A stretch of DNA of 64,000 bases from Macrostomum lignano (Eukaryota), in NCBI GenBank assembly GCA_002269645.1, contig NIVC01000142.1:558001-622000 (forward strand), read 5' to 3'. Under the pieces are notes generated by a model, which did no database searches, was not told the origin of the DNA, and worked only from the letters and a program-made list of their open reading frames with translations. Positions 36,981-49,468 of this stretch are shown piece by piece. Position numbers and translations under genes: made by a program. How positions within the stretch are numbered: position 1 is the first letter of the stretch; each line of letters begins with the position of its first letter.

Positions 36981-39900
36981 ATGTGGCCGTTTAACCGGCA
37001 CAGTAAGAGGCGCCATCGTTCATCTTCGTCAAATTCTTCGTCCGCAGGTCAGCAAAGGGCGGCGGCAGCGGCCGGCACCGCCGAGCGGACGCTGCGCTGG
37101 CAGTTCTCCCAGGTGAAAGGCACAGCCTGGGAGGCGGTCAACGAGCAGGATATAATCTCCTGCGTTGAGTTCAACCACACTGGCGAGCTATTGGCCACCG
37201 GGGACAAAGGCGGCCGGGTGGTGGTGTTCCAGCGGTCGGACAGCGGCCTGTACAATGTCTATTCGACTTTCACTAGCCACGAGCCGGAGTTCGACTACCT
37301 GAAATCGCTGGAGATTGAGGAGAAAATTAATAAAATCCGCTGGTTACCCGGCCATTATCGGGCCAATTTTCTGCTATCAACTAACGATAAGACCGTAAAG
37401 CTGTGGCGCGTCAGCGAGAAGGACCGGGCCCTGGAAGCTGTGGAATCCGATCCCAATGCCAACGCACAAGCCCTGCGCCTGCCCCGCTACGTTCCCGCCG
37501 AGCTGATAGTCGAAGCCGCGCCTCGCAGAATATTCGCCAACGCGCACACCTACCATATCAATTCGATTTCTGTTAATAGCGACCAGGAGACATTCCTTAG
37601 CGCCGACGACTTGCGTGTGAACCTGTGGCACCTGGGCATCACGGATCAGAGTTACAATATTGTGGACATCAAGCCCAACAATATGGAGGACCTCACCGAG
37701 GTGATCACAGCCGCCGAGTTCCATCCCAGCCATTGTCATCTGTTCCTGTACTCCAGCAGCAAAGGCTCAATCCGCATGTGTGACATGCGCCAGCGGGCCC
37801 TGTGCGACCAGCACGTTGGCATCTTCGAGGAGGCCGACGATCCCTCTAGCCGGTCGTTTTTCTCCGAAATCATTTCATCTGTTAGCGATATAAAATTCTC
37901 CCATTCCGGTCGCTACATACTCAGCCGGGACTATCTTCAGTTGAAGGGTGAGTTTTGGGATAATTAAAGCTTTATTTGCCAATATTCTGCTTTTCTTCAG
38001 CAGAAGAAGCATGTGTCTTATTTTGCTTTTTGGAGATTTTGGGTACATACTGCAGTTCTCATTGATTCGTTTTCTCATAGATTCGATTCTGATTTATTCG
38101 GGTTCTCATAGATTCGTTTCTGATAGATTCGGGTTCTGATAGATTCGTTTCTGATAGATTCGGGTTCTCATAGATTCGTTTCTGATAGATTCGGGTTCTC
38201 ATAGATTCGTTTCTGATAGATTCGGGTTCTGATAGATTCGTTTCTGATTGATTCGGGTTCTGATAGATTCGTTTCTGATTGATTCGGGTCCTGATAGATT
38301 CGGGATCTCATAGATTCGTTTCTGATAGATTCGGGTTCTGATAGATTCGTTTCTGATAGATTCAGGTTCTGATAGATTCGGGTTCTCATAGATTCGTTTC
38401 TGATTGATTCGGGTTCTGATAGATTCGTTTCTGATTGATTCGGGTTCTGATAGATTCGTTTCTGATTGATTCGGGTCCTGATAGATTCGTTTCTGATTGA
38501 TTCGGGTTCTCATAGATTCGTTTCTGATAGATTCGGGTTCTGATAGATTCGTTTCTGATTGATTCGGGTTCTGATAGATTCGTTTCTGATTGATTCGGGT
38601 CCTGATAGATTCGGGATCTCATAGATTCGTTTCTGATAGATTCGGGTTCTGATAGATTCGTTTCTGATAGATTCGTTTCTGATAGATTCGTTTCTGATAG
38701 ATTCGGGTTCTGATAGATTCGTTTCTGATTGATTCGGGTTCTGATAGATTCGTTTCTGATTGATTCGGGTTCTGATAGATTCGTTTCTGATTGATTCGGG
38801 TCCTGATAGATTCGGGATCTCATAGATTCGTTTCTGATAGATTCGGGTTCTGATAGATTCGTTTCTGATTGATTCGGGTTCTGATAGATTCGTTTCTGAT
38901 TGATTCGGGTTCTGATAGATTCGTTTCTGATTGATTCGGGTCCTGATAGATTCGTTTCTGATTGATTCGGGTTCTGATAGATTCGGGTCCTGATAGATTC
39001 GGGATCTCATAGATTCGTTTCTGATAGATTCGGGTTCTGATAGATTCGTTTCTGATTGATTCGGGTTCTGATAGATTCGTTTCTGATTGATTCGGGTTCT
39101 GATAGATTCGTTTCTGATTGATTCGGGTCCTGATAGATTCGTTTCTGATTGATTCGGGTTCTCATAGATTCGTTTCTGATTGATTCGGGTTCTGATAGAT
39201 TCGGGTTCTTATAGATTCGGGTTCTCATATATTCGTTTCTGATAGATTCGGGTTCTCATAGATTCGGGTTCTCATAGCTTTGGGTTCTCATAGATTCGTT
39301 TCTGATAGATAGATTTGGATTCTGTTAGATTCGGCTTCTGATAAATTCGGGTTTTCATAGATTCGGTTCTCAAAGATTCGGTTCTCATAGATTCGGTTCT
39401 CATAGATTCGGTTCTCATAGATTCGAGTTCATTTAGGTTCTATGAATGTTCGAGTTTGTGCCGCTTGTAATTCGTATGATTACTAAATAATGAATATTTT
39501 TAGCGTTGGTATTAGTGGCGGCTATATCGCTATAAACTATCTGCAGTTCATTGAGCATGAATAGCTAGTTGAATATACTGCTAGGAGCTAAACTGGATAA
39601 GAGGCGATGGCGTGTCAAGCCGCTTTCCTTACTCAGCTAAGGCGGCCTGTCTTGAGTCCAGAAATTGAGTTATACATCTTGCCAATGGAAGGGGAAATGT
39701 AGTCTTTGGGGATCTGGAGACAGGCAAGGGAGCTCACCTATAGGTAGGGGAGGCGGGGGAACGGGTTGCTAATTGAATCTCGTAAGGAGCATTGGCCAGT
39801 CTGAGCACAAAATAATACTAGGGGAATGAGCGCATACTCATCCCTGCTCTGCACTGTGTGCAAGACTATAGGATCAACACTATGCCATAAGAAAGCAGGC

Positions 39901-42900
39901 GGCCATATAACAGATATCAGACGATGAAAGAGAAGATAGATGGAGTGAGAAGAACCGGCCGTTGGGACAAAATGGGACAGTTCGATGCAGACGGTAATTT
40001 AAGAGTGAATTATAGGATTGCACAGGCCTGGGAGGCTGCCGCTGCTGCTGCCGGACGGGGATGGCTGGCAATTTTTCTGCTCTACTGGCTTGCCCAAATC
40101 CGCCTCTCCGTTCCCATCTGCTGTGCTGCTCTCCCCACTGTGTCCATCTTATCCAGCACATGCAGATGCAGCAGATGGTTTTTTAGAGAAAAAAAAGGGA
40201 GAATAAGAAGTCACCGCTGTTGGGGGGGATAAGGATTAAAAGGATCTTTTCTTTATAATCAGGCGGCTCTGGGACTTTCCTCAACTGCAGCGGGGGAGAC
40301 TTCCTCCCCCCCTGCTGCTGCAGCTCTGCAGCTTCGATTTCTCTCCGTATATAATGAGTGAGAAGGACAGGCGCTACAATTTGCCTATAGTTTCTGCTTC
40401 TGCTAGCCTAGCTGTCTTCTCAACCCCCCAGCTCCTCGGGCTGTCACGCACCGATTTCATCCCTGCTAATCCTCATCCCAGCAGCCCAGTTATCCTCAAG
40501 GTGTGCGCGTCTCTACTTAACGCCAATGCACAATGCTCGCGTGTTTACGCGGCCCCATCTGTGCGGCTCGGTTCCAGATGATGAAAGAGGGCGAGTTGGG
40601 ATGTAAAGAAAGAAAATTGCGGAGGCAAGATTAGCCCAGCCCCCTCCCTCCCTCCTAGCTTTCTCCACCTCCCGCACTTCGCTTTACTCCTGCCTAATCC
40701 CTGTAATTAACGAGTTCCGTAGAGACTAAACAGGTAGCTGGCTAAGTACAGGGCAGCGGAGTGGCACTGATGAATGCTTTCTGTTCGGTTCTCTTTTTTC
40801 ACTACAAGAAAATCTGCAGGTTAATTTTTCTGGCCTATACTTACCTCTGCAGAGTCTATTGGCTAGATTTATACTTTATTTTCCTTGCTGGGATTGAAGG
40901 CTTTGACTGTGCTTATTCGCTAGTTTTTTGTCTTTGCGTCATTGCTATGCACAGATGACGCTTGGTGCACATTGCGAGACTGTCTATTCTCTCCGAGTCT
41001 TTCTGAGTGCTTTCCGGAGTTCTGCTTCTGCTTCGCTTCTTCTTCATGTCTCGCCTTTTCTCCTTTCCCTTCTCTCCTTCCCCTTCTCTCCCTCCCCTAC
41101 TCTTCCTCTCCTTCTCTCCTTCCCCCTTCTCTCCTTCCCCTTCTCTCCTTCCCCTTCTCTCCCTCCCCTTCTCTCCTTCCCCCTTCTCTCCCTCCCCTTC
41201 TCTCCTTCCCCCTTCTTTCCCTCCCCTTCTCTCCTTCCCCCTTCTCTCCCTCCCCTTCTCTCCTTCCCCCTTCTCTCCCTCCCCTTCTCTCCTTCCCCCT
41301 TCTCTCTCTCCCCTTCTCTCCTTCCCCTACTCTCCTTCCCCCTTCTCTCCCCTTCTCTCCTTCCCCCTTCTCTCCCTCCCCTTCTCTCCTTCCCCCTTCT
41401 CTCTCTCCCCTTCTCTCCCTCCCCTACTCTCCTTCCCCCTTCTCTCCCCTTCTCTCCTTCCCCTTCTCTCCCTCCCCTACTCTTCCTCTCCTTCTCTCCT
41501 TCCCCCTTCTCTCCTTCCCCCTTCTCTCCTTCCCCTTCTCTCCTTCCCCCTTCTCTCCTTCCCCTTCTCTCCTTCCCCTTCTCTCCTTCCCCCTTCTCTC
41601 CCTTCCCTTCTCTACCTCCCCTCTCTCCCTCCCCTCCTCTCCCCTTCTCTCCTTCCCCTTCTCTACCTCCCCTCTCTCCCTCCCCTCCTCTCCCTCCTCT
41701 TCTTTCCCTTCCCTTCTCTCCCACTCCATCTACCAGTCTTATCGTCCCACTTTCCGCCTGTGTATATGTAGCCTCCTTTTGACTACAACACTGCTATATT
41801 TCTTTGTTCACGTTTTAGTGTGGGACCTGAACATGGCAACCAAACCCGTGGAGGTCTACCCGGTGCACGAGCACTTCAGGCGAAACCTGTGCGCTCTGTA
41901 CGAGAATGACAGCATCTTTGATAAATTCGAGTGCTGCTGGTCTGGCGACGACAGGTGAGCTCAAGTCACAGATTGGTGACGTTGAAGTTGAAGAAAGAGA
42001 GTAGTAAACGGAAATTAAGGGGCGAGAATCCAGAGAAGCAGAGCAGGAGACAGGGAGATAGAGGGGTGAGAATCGAGAGAAGTAGAGCAGAAGACAGGGA
42101 GATTGAGGGGTGAGAACCGAGAGAAGTAGAGTAGGAGACAGGGAGATTGAGGGGTGAGAACCGACAGAAGTAGAGCAGGAGACAGGGAGATTGAGGGGTG
42201 AGAACCGACAGAAGTAGAGCAGGAGACAGGGAGATTGAGGGGTAAGAACCGACAGAAGTAGAGCAGGAGACAGGGAGATTGAGGGGTGAGAATCCTGAGA
42301 AGCAGAGCAGGAGACAGGGAGATAGAGGGGTGAGAATCGAGAGAAGTAGAGCAGAAGACAGGGAGATTGAGGGGTAAGAACCGAGAGAAGTAAAGCAGGA
42401 GACAGGGAGATTAAGGGGTGAGAACCGAGAGAAGTAGAGCAGGAGACAGGGAGATTGAGGGGTGAGAATCCTGAGAAGCAGAGCAGGAGACAGGGAGATA
42501 GAGGGGTGAGAATCGAGAGAAGTAGAGCAGAAGACAGGGAGATTGAGGGGTAAGAACCGAGAGAAGTAGAGCAGGAGACAGGGAGATTGAGGGGTGAGAA
42601 TCCTGAGAAGCAGAGCAGGAGACAGGGAGATAGAGGGGTGAGAATCGAGAGAAGTAGAGCAGAAGACAGGGAGATTGAGGGGTAAGAACCGAGAGAAGTA
42701 AAGCAGGAGACAGGGAGATTAAGGGGTGAGAACCGAGAGAAGTAGAGCAGGAGACAGGGAGATTGAGGGGTGAGAATCCTGAGAAGCAGAGCAGGAGACA
42801 GGGAGATAGAGGGGTGAGAATCGAGAGAAGTAGAGCAGAAGACAGGGAGATTGAGGGGTGAGAATCCTGAGAAGCAGAGCAGGAGACAGGGAGATAGAGG

Positions 42901-44757
42901 GGTGAGAATCGAGAGAAGTAGAGCAGAAGACAGGGAGATTGAGGGGTGAGAACCGAGAGAAGTAGAGCAGGAGACAGGGAGATTGAGGGGTGAGAACCGA
43001 GAGAAGTAGAGCAGGAGACAGGGAGATTGAGGGGTGAGAACCGAGAGAAGTAGAGCAGGAGACGGAGAAATTGAGGGGTGAGAACCGAGAGAAGTAGAGC
43101 AGGAGACAGGGAGATTGAGATAGGAGAATCGAGAGAAGTAGAGCAGGAGGCAGGGAGATTAAGGGGCGAGAATCCAGAGAAGGAAGCTTAGAATGGCGAG
43201 ACAGAGAGGCCATCAGAGCATAGCGGTACTGGCACTACTTATTTAGTACTCTTTGCTCTTCAAATGTGTGGCTGCGAAATCTGTTTGTTGTTGAAATTTC
43301 TCAATTTCTGGTCGAACAGACCACAGAGCGCTTGAATCAAGTGATTTACATTTAATTAGGTTTAATTAGCGCTTCTTCAGCTGCGCTCAGTGCATTCTTG
43401 GCTGGATTCCGCATATTCTCTTATCAAAGCCTGTTCAGCTCGAGCAGGTGCTGCCGTCTCGCTGATTTTGCTTCACTAATTTTATTCTGCTTTGCGCAAT
43501 TAGCAAAGGCTTTTGCAAGTCTGCGTCTTTTGGTCTGCTCTGGCTTTTTAAATTCTTGTCTGCTGCTGACTGATGTGATTGCGAAATCTGTAGCCCCTGA
43601 AGTACTGTCATGGTACATTAATGATCTGAGTACCTGAATGATCTGAGTACCTGAATGATCTGAGTACCTGAATGATCTGAGTGCCTGAATGATCTGAGTA
43701 CCTGAATGATCTGAGTACCTGAATGATCTGAGTACCTGAATGATCTGAGTGCCTGAATGATCTGAGTACCTGAATGATCTGAGTACCTGAATTATCTGAG
43801 TACCTGAATGATCTGAGTACCTGAATGATCTGAGTACCTGAATGATCTGAGTACCTGAATGATCTGAGTGCCTGAATTATCTGAGTATCTGAATGATCTG
43901 AGTACCTGAATTATCTGAGTATCTGAATGATCTGAGTACCTGAATTATCTGAGTACCTGAATGATCTGAGTGCCTGAATGATCTGAGTGTCTGAATGATC
44001 TGAGTGTCTGAATGATCTGAGTACCTGAATTATCTGAGTACCTGAATGATCTGAGTACCTGAATGATCTGAGTACCTGAATGATCTGAGTACCTGAATGA
44101 TCTGAGTGCCTGAATTATCTGAGTGCCTGAATTATCTGAGTGCCTGAATTATCTGAGTACCTGAATTATCTGAGTAGAGTGCCTGAATGATCTGAGTGCC
44201 TGAATTATCTGAGTATCTGAATTATCTGAGTGCCTGAATGATCTGAGTGCCTGAATGATCTGAGTACCTGAATTATCCGAGTACCTGAATGATCTGAGTA
44301 CCTGGATTATCTGATTACCTGAATGATATTGTAAATAGTAACCAGCTGAATTACTAGTTATCATCAACCGCCCCGAGCATTATCAAGTACCCTTGCGCAG
44401 TCAATCTTACTTAACCTCCCCCCCCCCCAACCCGCTCTCAGGCTGGTGCTCACCGGCTCCTACAACAACCTGTGGCGCGTGTTCGATCGCCAGTCTGGTG
44501 GCGCCGACGTCACCCTGGAGGCCAGCCGGGAGGGCGTGGCGCCCGGCAGCGACTTGAAGCCCCGCCGTGTGGTCCTGTCCGCGGCAGCCAAGGCTGCTGC
44601 AGCGCAGAGCGGCGCCGGCCAGCACGCCGAACTGCTGACAGCCGACAGCTTGGACCTGCAGAAGAAGATCCTGCACCTGGCCTGTCATCCAAAGCATAAC
44701 TGCGTTGCCCTGGCAGCCACTAACAACCTCTATTTGGTTGTGTCGCCGCACAATTAA
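36981..44757 (+). CDS. PPP2R2: Protein phosphatase 2A regulatory subunit B55 (PR55/twins family), 472 aa, 3 exons
   Basis: Exons 36981-37947, 41819-41954, 44442-44757 join in frame. Hallmark sequences 'WQFSQVKG', '[12 protein letters not shown]', '[21 protein letters not shown]', '[11 protein letters not shown]', '[12 protein letters not shown]', 'TGSYNN', 'ALAATNNLY'. Confidence 0.96.
38056..39427. repeat. Composite minisatellite of 15/16-bp modules (GATAGATTCGTTTCT / GATTGATTCGGGTTCT)
   Basis: About 1.37 kb of alternating modules in PP2A intron 1; source of the '[10 protein letters not shown]' ORFs. Confidence 0.95.
41045..41725. repeat. Polypyrimidine minisatellite (CCTTCTCTCC[T]TCCC-type units)
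   Basis: About 680 bp almost entirely C/T, just upstream of PP2A exon 2. Confidence 0.95.
42014..43182. repeat. 44-bp purine-rich minisatellite, about 26 copies, partly a 3-unit (132-bp) higher-order repeat
   Basis: Unit GAGAAGTAGAGCAGGAGACAGGGAGATTGAGGGGTGAGAACCGA, in PP2A intron 2. Confidence 0.95.
43618..44325. repeat. 17-bp minisatellite, about 41 copies
   Basis: Unit TGAATGATCTGAGTACC, in PP2A intron 2. Confidence 0.95.
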
Positions 44758-45191
44758 ATCAGAATTTTACCTGTTGGTCCATTCTAAATTCTAATTATTT
44801 TTTTACTTGATTATTAACTATTAACTATTAATGTTATATAGATGTTCCGTTCGAGTGTTGCAATTTAAATATTCCAAGTGAACTTAAATTATTCATATTA
44901 AATCTAGTTTTTGGCCCAACAGAAATTTGTGCTTGCTGCCTTGTGAGGGTGGAGGGTCCCTGTAACTTGTTGGCCCTTCGAGTCCTATAGAAAATAACTG
45001 TGCTATCTTATTTTTTCAAAAACTATTATAACTCATGTTAGTAAGCCGGCATTTAGGCCATCCGTTATGCCGCCAGCTTCAACTAGCGATAAATTTATTT
45101 CTATATGTCCATATGTTTCCATTGCTAAGGAATTGAAATATTTTTGTTATGCTTGCTTCACTGGTTTTTTATCTACTAATTTTTGAGGGTC

Positions 45192-45201
45192 TGTCTGTCT
45201 T

Positions 45202-45236
<35 letters not shown>

Positions 45237-45271
45237 GACTGTCTGCCTGTCTGTCTGTCTGTCTGTCTGCC

Positions 45272-45312
<41 letters not shown>

Positions 45313-45334
45313 GACTGTCTGTCTGACTGTCTGC

Positions 45335-45366
<32 letters not shown>

Positions 45367-45380
45367 CTTTCTGCCTGTCT
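45192..45380. repeat. (CTGT)n microsatellite
   Basis: Imperfect tetranucleotide run. Confidence 0.95.
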
Positions 45381-46285
45381 TGATGTCTTTCTGTCTATCC
45401 GTCTCTGTCCTTCTGTCTATCTATCTATCTGTGTATCTGTCTCAGTGTCTGTCTGGTCTGTCTGTCTGCCTTCCCCTGAACTCGCCACAATTTTGCAAGC
45501 TACCCTCTTATCTTACTTCTAGTACTAACTACAATACATGTTTTTTACGTAGGTGTGCACGCGGCAATATTCATTGCGTCTAGCTATCGCAGCAGTATTC
45601 TGTGCGCTCGCGATGAACTTCGATCGATCCATCCAATGCTGTTTCGAGTGCACTAAATGACCCCAAGATTTGTGTTAAGTTGGCTCGTTCTTCTCGTCTC
45701 CACGAAGGAAGCAAGGCTCAGAGTTCCATTGTTCCCCTGACCGCTAAATATTGAATAATATGCTCGAGTTTTATTTTCCCATCATCTAATTTATTTGGTC
45801 ATTCTGTGTACGCATAAGTTTGCCCTATTTTCTACACACGCAAGTTGTAATACGTCTCTCTTGCGCACGCAGTCAGTAGTATGCTGTGCGCATTATTGTT
45901 GTTCATTTTCTGCATCTTGTTATTATTGTACAGTGCATATTGCATTGTACTTCGGCAGTCTGTTTACTATATATTGTAATTGTACTGTGTTTAATGAATA
46001 AAAATAATACAGAAACCATAATGTGTCCGCGTGCTCTACTAGAATAATTGCTATTATTCTAAAACTTTATTTTTCCAATACAGTACGCAGGCCCGTGTGC
46101 AATGCCGACCAAGCGCTGTGCCAGTCAAGCCGCCTCTGTTCTCCCCATAGTGATTCCTAACTTACTTGCTTTTTTAACTGCGCCCACAGACATTGGGGCC
46201 GTCTTACACAAGCCCTAATTACGCTCATAGTTTGTTCTCTGTGTTGCATGTGGAATTCTGTTTTATAATTTCTCTATTGAATAGA

Positions 46286-46620
46286 AGCTATCCTCCCAGA
46301 TCCTCAGGTTGAGCAGCAGCTACCCTCCCAGATCCTCAGGTTGAGCAGCAGCCACCCTTCTAGATCCTCAGGTTGAGCAGCAGCCACCCTCCCAGATCCT
46401 CAGGTTGAGCAGCCACCCTCCCAGATCCTCAGGTTGAGCAGCCACCCTCCCAGATCCTCAGGTTGAGCAGCAGCCACCCTCCCAGATGCTCAACTTGAGC
46501 AGCAGCCACCCTCCCAGATCCTCAGGTTGAACAGCAGCCACCCTCCCAGATGCTCAGGTTGAGCAGCAGCCACCCTCCCAGATGCTCAGGTTGAGCAGCA
46601 GCCACCCTCCCAGATCCTCA
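46286..46620. repeat. 32-bp (with 29-bp variants) minisatellite, about 11 copies
   Basis: Unit CCACCCTCCCAGATCCTCAGGTTGAGCAGCAG. Confidence 0.93.
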
Positions 46621-47151
46621 TGTAAAGCTGCAGTCACTTCCAGATTTTATGGGACTTCAGTTCAATTAGAAACGATCATCGATTGCCAATAATACATATG
46701 ATACAATCTCATGAAACACAAGGTGCAAACATTTTATTGTATGCTAGGTATCGACTCCTTCAGTTTAATTGTGTCATTCAGCTACTCACCTTTTGCAAAT
46801 TTAAATAGGTATTAGCGTCTATTTTATTAATCACACTTAGTTAAATTAAACAAGTTTGCTTTGTTCAAATTTTTTGCATAAAAAGGCGCCAATTTGAGTG
46901 TTTGAACTGCCGCAGTTTCGCAATCGTTGATTCTTTTTTCTTACACGTATATTTTAGCTCAAATAGGAACATAAAGCATAGTCCTGTCTGCTTTGTACAA
47001 GCTTATAAGCTGTTTTTGCAGCTTCCTTTACTGTTTGTTTTGCGACTTGTGGTGCCCCACATTGCTCCTCCGATCATTGTCTGTTGATCATTAATCGCAC
47101 AGGTTTGTAGATGCTGGACTGCCTGGGCACTGCCTGTTGCTTACTGTCGCC

Positions 47152-47735
47152 TGTTGAGATGTTTACCTTCCCCACCCATCCTTCAGGGAGATTTTTACCT
47201 TCCCCACCCATCCTTTACGGAGATGTTTACCTTCCCCACCCATCCTTCAGGCAGATGTTTACCTTCCCCACCCATCCTTCAGGCAGATGTTTACCTTCCC
47301 CACTCATCCTTCAGGCAGATGTTTACCTTCCCCACCCATCCTTCAGGCAGATGTTTACCTTCCCCACCCATCCTTCAGGCAGATGTTTACCTTCCCCACC
47401 CATCCTTCAGGGAGATTTTTACCTTCCCCACCCATCCTTTACGGAGATGTTTACCTTCCCCACCCATCCTTCAGGCAGATGTTTACCTTCCCCACCCATC
47501 CTTCAGGCAGATGTTTACCTTCCCCACCCATCCTTCAGGCAGATGTTTACCTTCCCCACCCATCCTTCAGGGAGATCTTTACCTTCCCCACCCATCCTTC
47601 AGGCAGATTTTTACCTTCCCCACCCATCCTTCAGGCAGATGTTTACCTTCCCCACCCATCCTTCAGGCAGATGTTTACCTTCCCCACCCATCCTTCAGGC
47701 AGATTTTTACCTTCCCCACTCATCCTTCAGGGAGA
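47152..47735. repeat. 32-bp minisatellite, about 18 copies
   Basis: Unit GATGTTTACCTTCCCCACCCATCCTTCAGGCA. Confidence 0.95.
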
Positions 47736-48420
47736 TACTTGCCTTGCCCATCGAGCCTTTAGGGAAAATATTTCCAAAGAGATTCATAATTGAATTTTTG
47801 CCACAATGGTGAAATAGATGCAGATGACGTACAAAAACGAACGCCAAGTTGTTGTTCGCGGTGGGCTATCCCGCCTTCATTTTGTATGTAGTTTAATTAT
47901 GTATTTTGCTTCACCTGTTCTCCGCCTGCGCACCAATATCCTGTGCCGTGCGGTGCAAATTGGCTCACACCAAAGCTGTGCGCAGATGTGCCCCAACATT
48001 GCACCGAGTGACCTTCCTACGTTGTCTGTGTTCCAGCAGCCGGATTTTTGCTATCCCGAATTGTCTCACTGTCTATTCTATTCTAGTGAAGATTATAACT
48101 ATTTGGAATGGACAATATTTGCTCTATTGTATCCTGTGTGCTTTATGTGTCTTGCTTTAACTACTTTTGTCTCCTCTGTCCGCCCAAAAGTCACTTACGC
48201 TTCTAAGAACATTGAAAATAAAGCACAAAAATCTATCTTGGCAATATTATTATATACCCGTATTGTTATTTATATAGGCTAATTATCGTAGCGTTAATTT
48301 TTCTTATTGAAAATTTTCTTGGTTGCACCAGGATTGCAAAAACAAACAGGAGCGATTCTTTTGTGTTATTATTCATCTTTGCGCAGCGTTCACTGGATGT
48401 ATGTAACCTTTAAACTTACA

Positions 48421-48580
48421 GGGGGTTGTTACCTAGTGGTCAGAGCGTCGGACTCACGAATGAAAGGTCGGTGGTTCTATTCTCGACCCTCAACGATTGG
48501 TGTCCTTAAGCAAAGCACTTGACTCTGCATTGCTTCAGTTCACCAAGGTGTAAAATGGGTACCAGCATTAGCGGGTAAAC
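48421..48580 (+). mobile_element. tRNA-derived CORE-type SINE, second copy
   Basis: Head nearly identical to 5815 onward (GGGGGTTGT..CTAGTGGTCAGAGCGTCGGACTCACGA). Body GTGTCCTTAAGCAAAGCACTTGACTC...GGTGTAAAATGGG matches the CORE consensus. Confidence 0.75.
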
Positions 48581-49015
48581 ACTAAACTCACAATGTCTCA
48601 CTTTCTGGGAATTCCGAGTTGCAAAGCAAACAGGCGTTGCAATCCTCACAAGCTTGCTGAGAACAGTTAGAAGTATTGTTGGAGAGCGGCAATGAAGAGA
48701 GAGCCATGAATACATTGTAAGCCCGGTTGTCAAAAAGGCTATTTTTATTATTTAAATAACTCAAATTTAATAGCTTGTTTACGAGTAGGTAAAATATCTA
48801 GTTATTCTTAATAATGCAGAGATTTTTGCACTTTTGAATCTCAGCCACTCTTAAATCAAATTAGAGCCAAGGACAACCTAATCAATCAGGACTGTAAACT
48901 CGAAAATCATGGCTTTGAGTTGGAGGCACAGAATATATAGAAGATTGATGGCTACACGAAAATGTAGCAGGTGCGAGAGAAGCGAATAAAAAGCCCTTTT
49001 GACGGAAAATATCCA

Positions 49016-49150
49016 ATGCCTAGAAAGTACAGCGTATTTAGTTGCTGCTCAAACAACAAAAGTAAGCCATGAGAAGACGACAATTTATTCATTCCCGAAA
49101 GTCCAGAAAAGCGCGAGGCATGGCGAGTTGCATAGCCGAATATTTTGACG
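49016..49150 (+). pseudogene. Decayed THAP-domain fragment (probably from a DNA transposon)
   Basis: 'MPRKYSVFSCCSNNKSKP*' followed across frameshifts by 'TIYSFPK..PEKREAWRVA*PNILT' and a GTGAGT donor. Resembles the THAP pattern MP..C.V.GC...FP......W. Confidence 0.45.
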
Positions 49151-49214
49151 GTGAGTTCTTAAGCCTCTTTTATTCGGTGTTTCCTGACTCATACCGGCGT
49201 ACCGCATTTAAGAT

Positions 49215-49468
49215 GGGTTTGGCCCACAGACTATCTCACTGTGACAATTCAATCTCAGCTATATAACCATCGCTGCTATGGGAGCCGGGGTTTGGCCCAC
49301 AGACTATCTCACTGTGACAATTCAATCTCAGCTATATAACCATCGCTGCTATGGGAGCCGGGGTTTGGCCCACAGACTATCTCACTGTGACAATCCAATC
49401 TCAGCTATATAACCATCGCTGCTATGGGAGCCGGGGTTTGGCCCACAGACTATCTCACTGTGACAATC
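49215..49468. repeat. 73-bp tandem repeat, 3.5 copies
   Basis: TTTGGCCCACAGACTATCTC recurs at 49218, 49291, 49364 and 49437. Confidence 0.95.

Noticed and set aside
38168-47812. Long repetitive ORFs ([32 protein letters not shown])
   Set aside because: Translations of minisatellites lacking stops in some frames; intronic or intergenic, with no splice or domain support.
47818-48282. 154-aa ORF
   Set aside because: No recognisable domain, coding-like composition or splice context.
49215-49468. CRISPR-like 73-bp periodicity
   Set aside because: The whole 73-bp unit repeats; there is no variable spacer.
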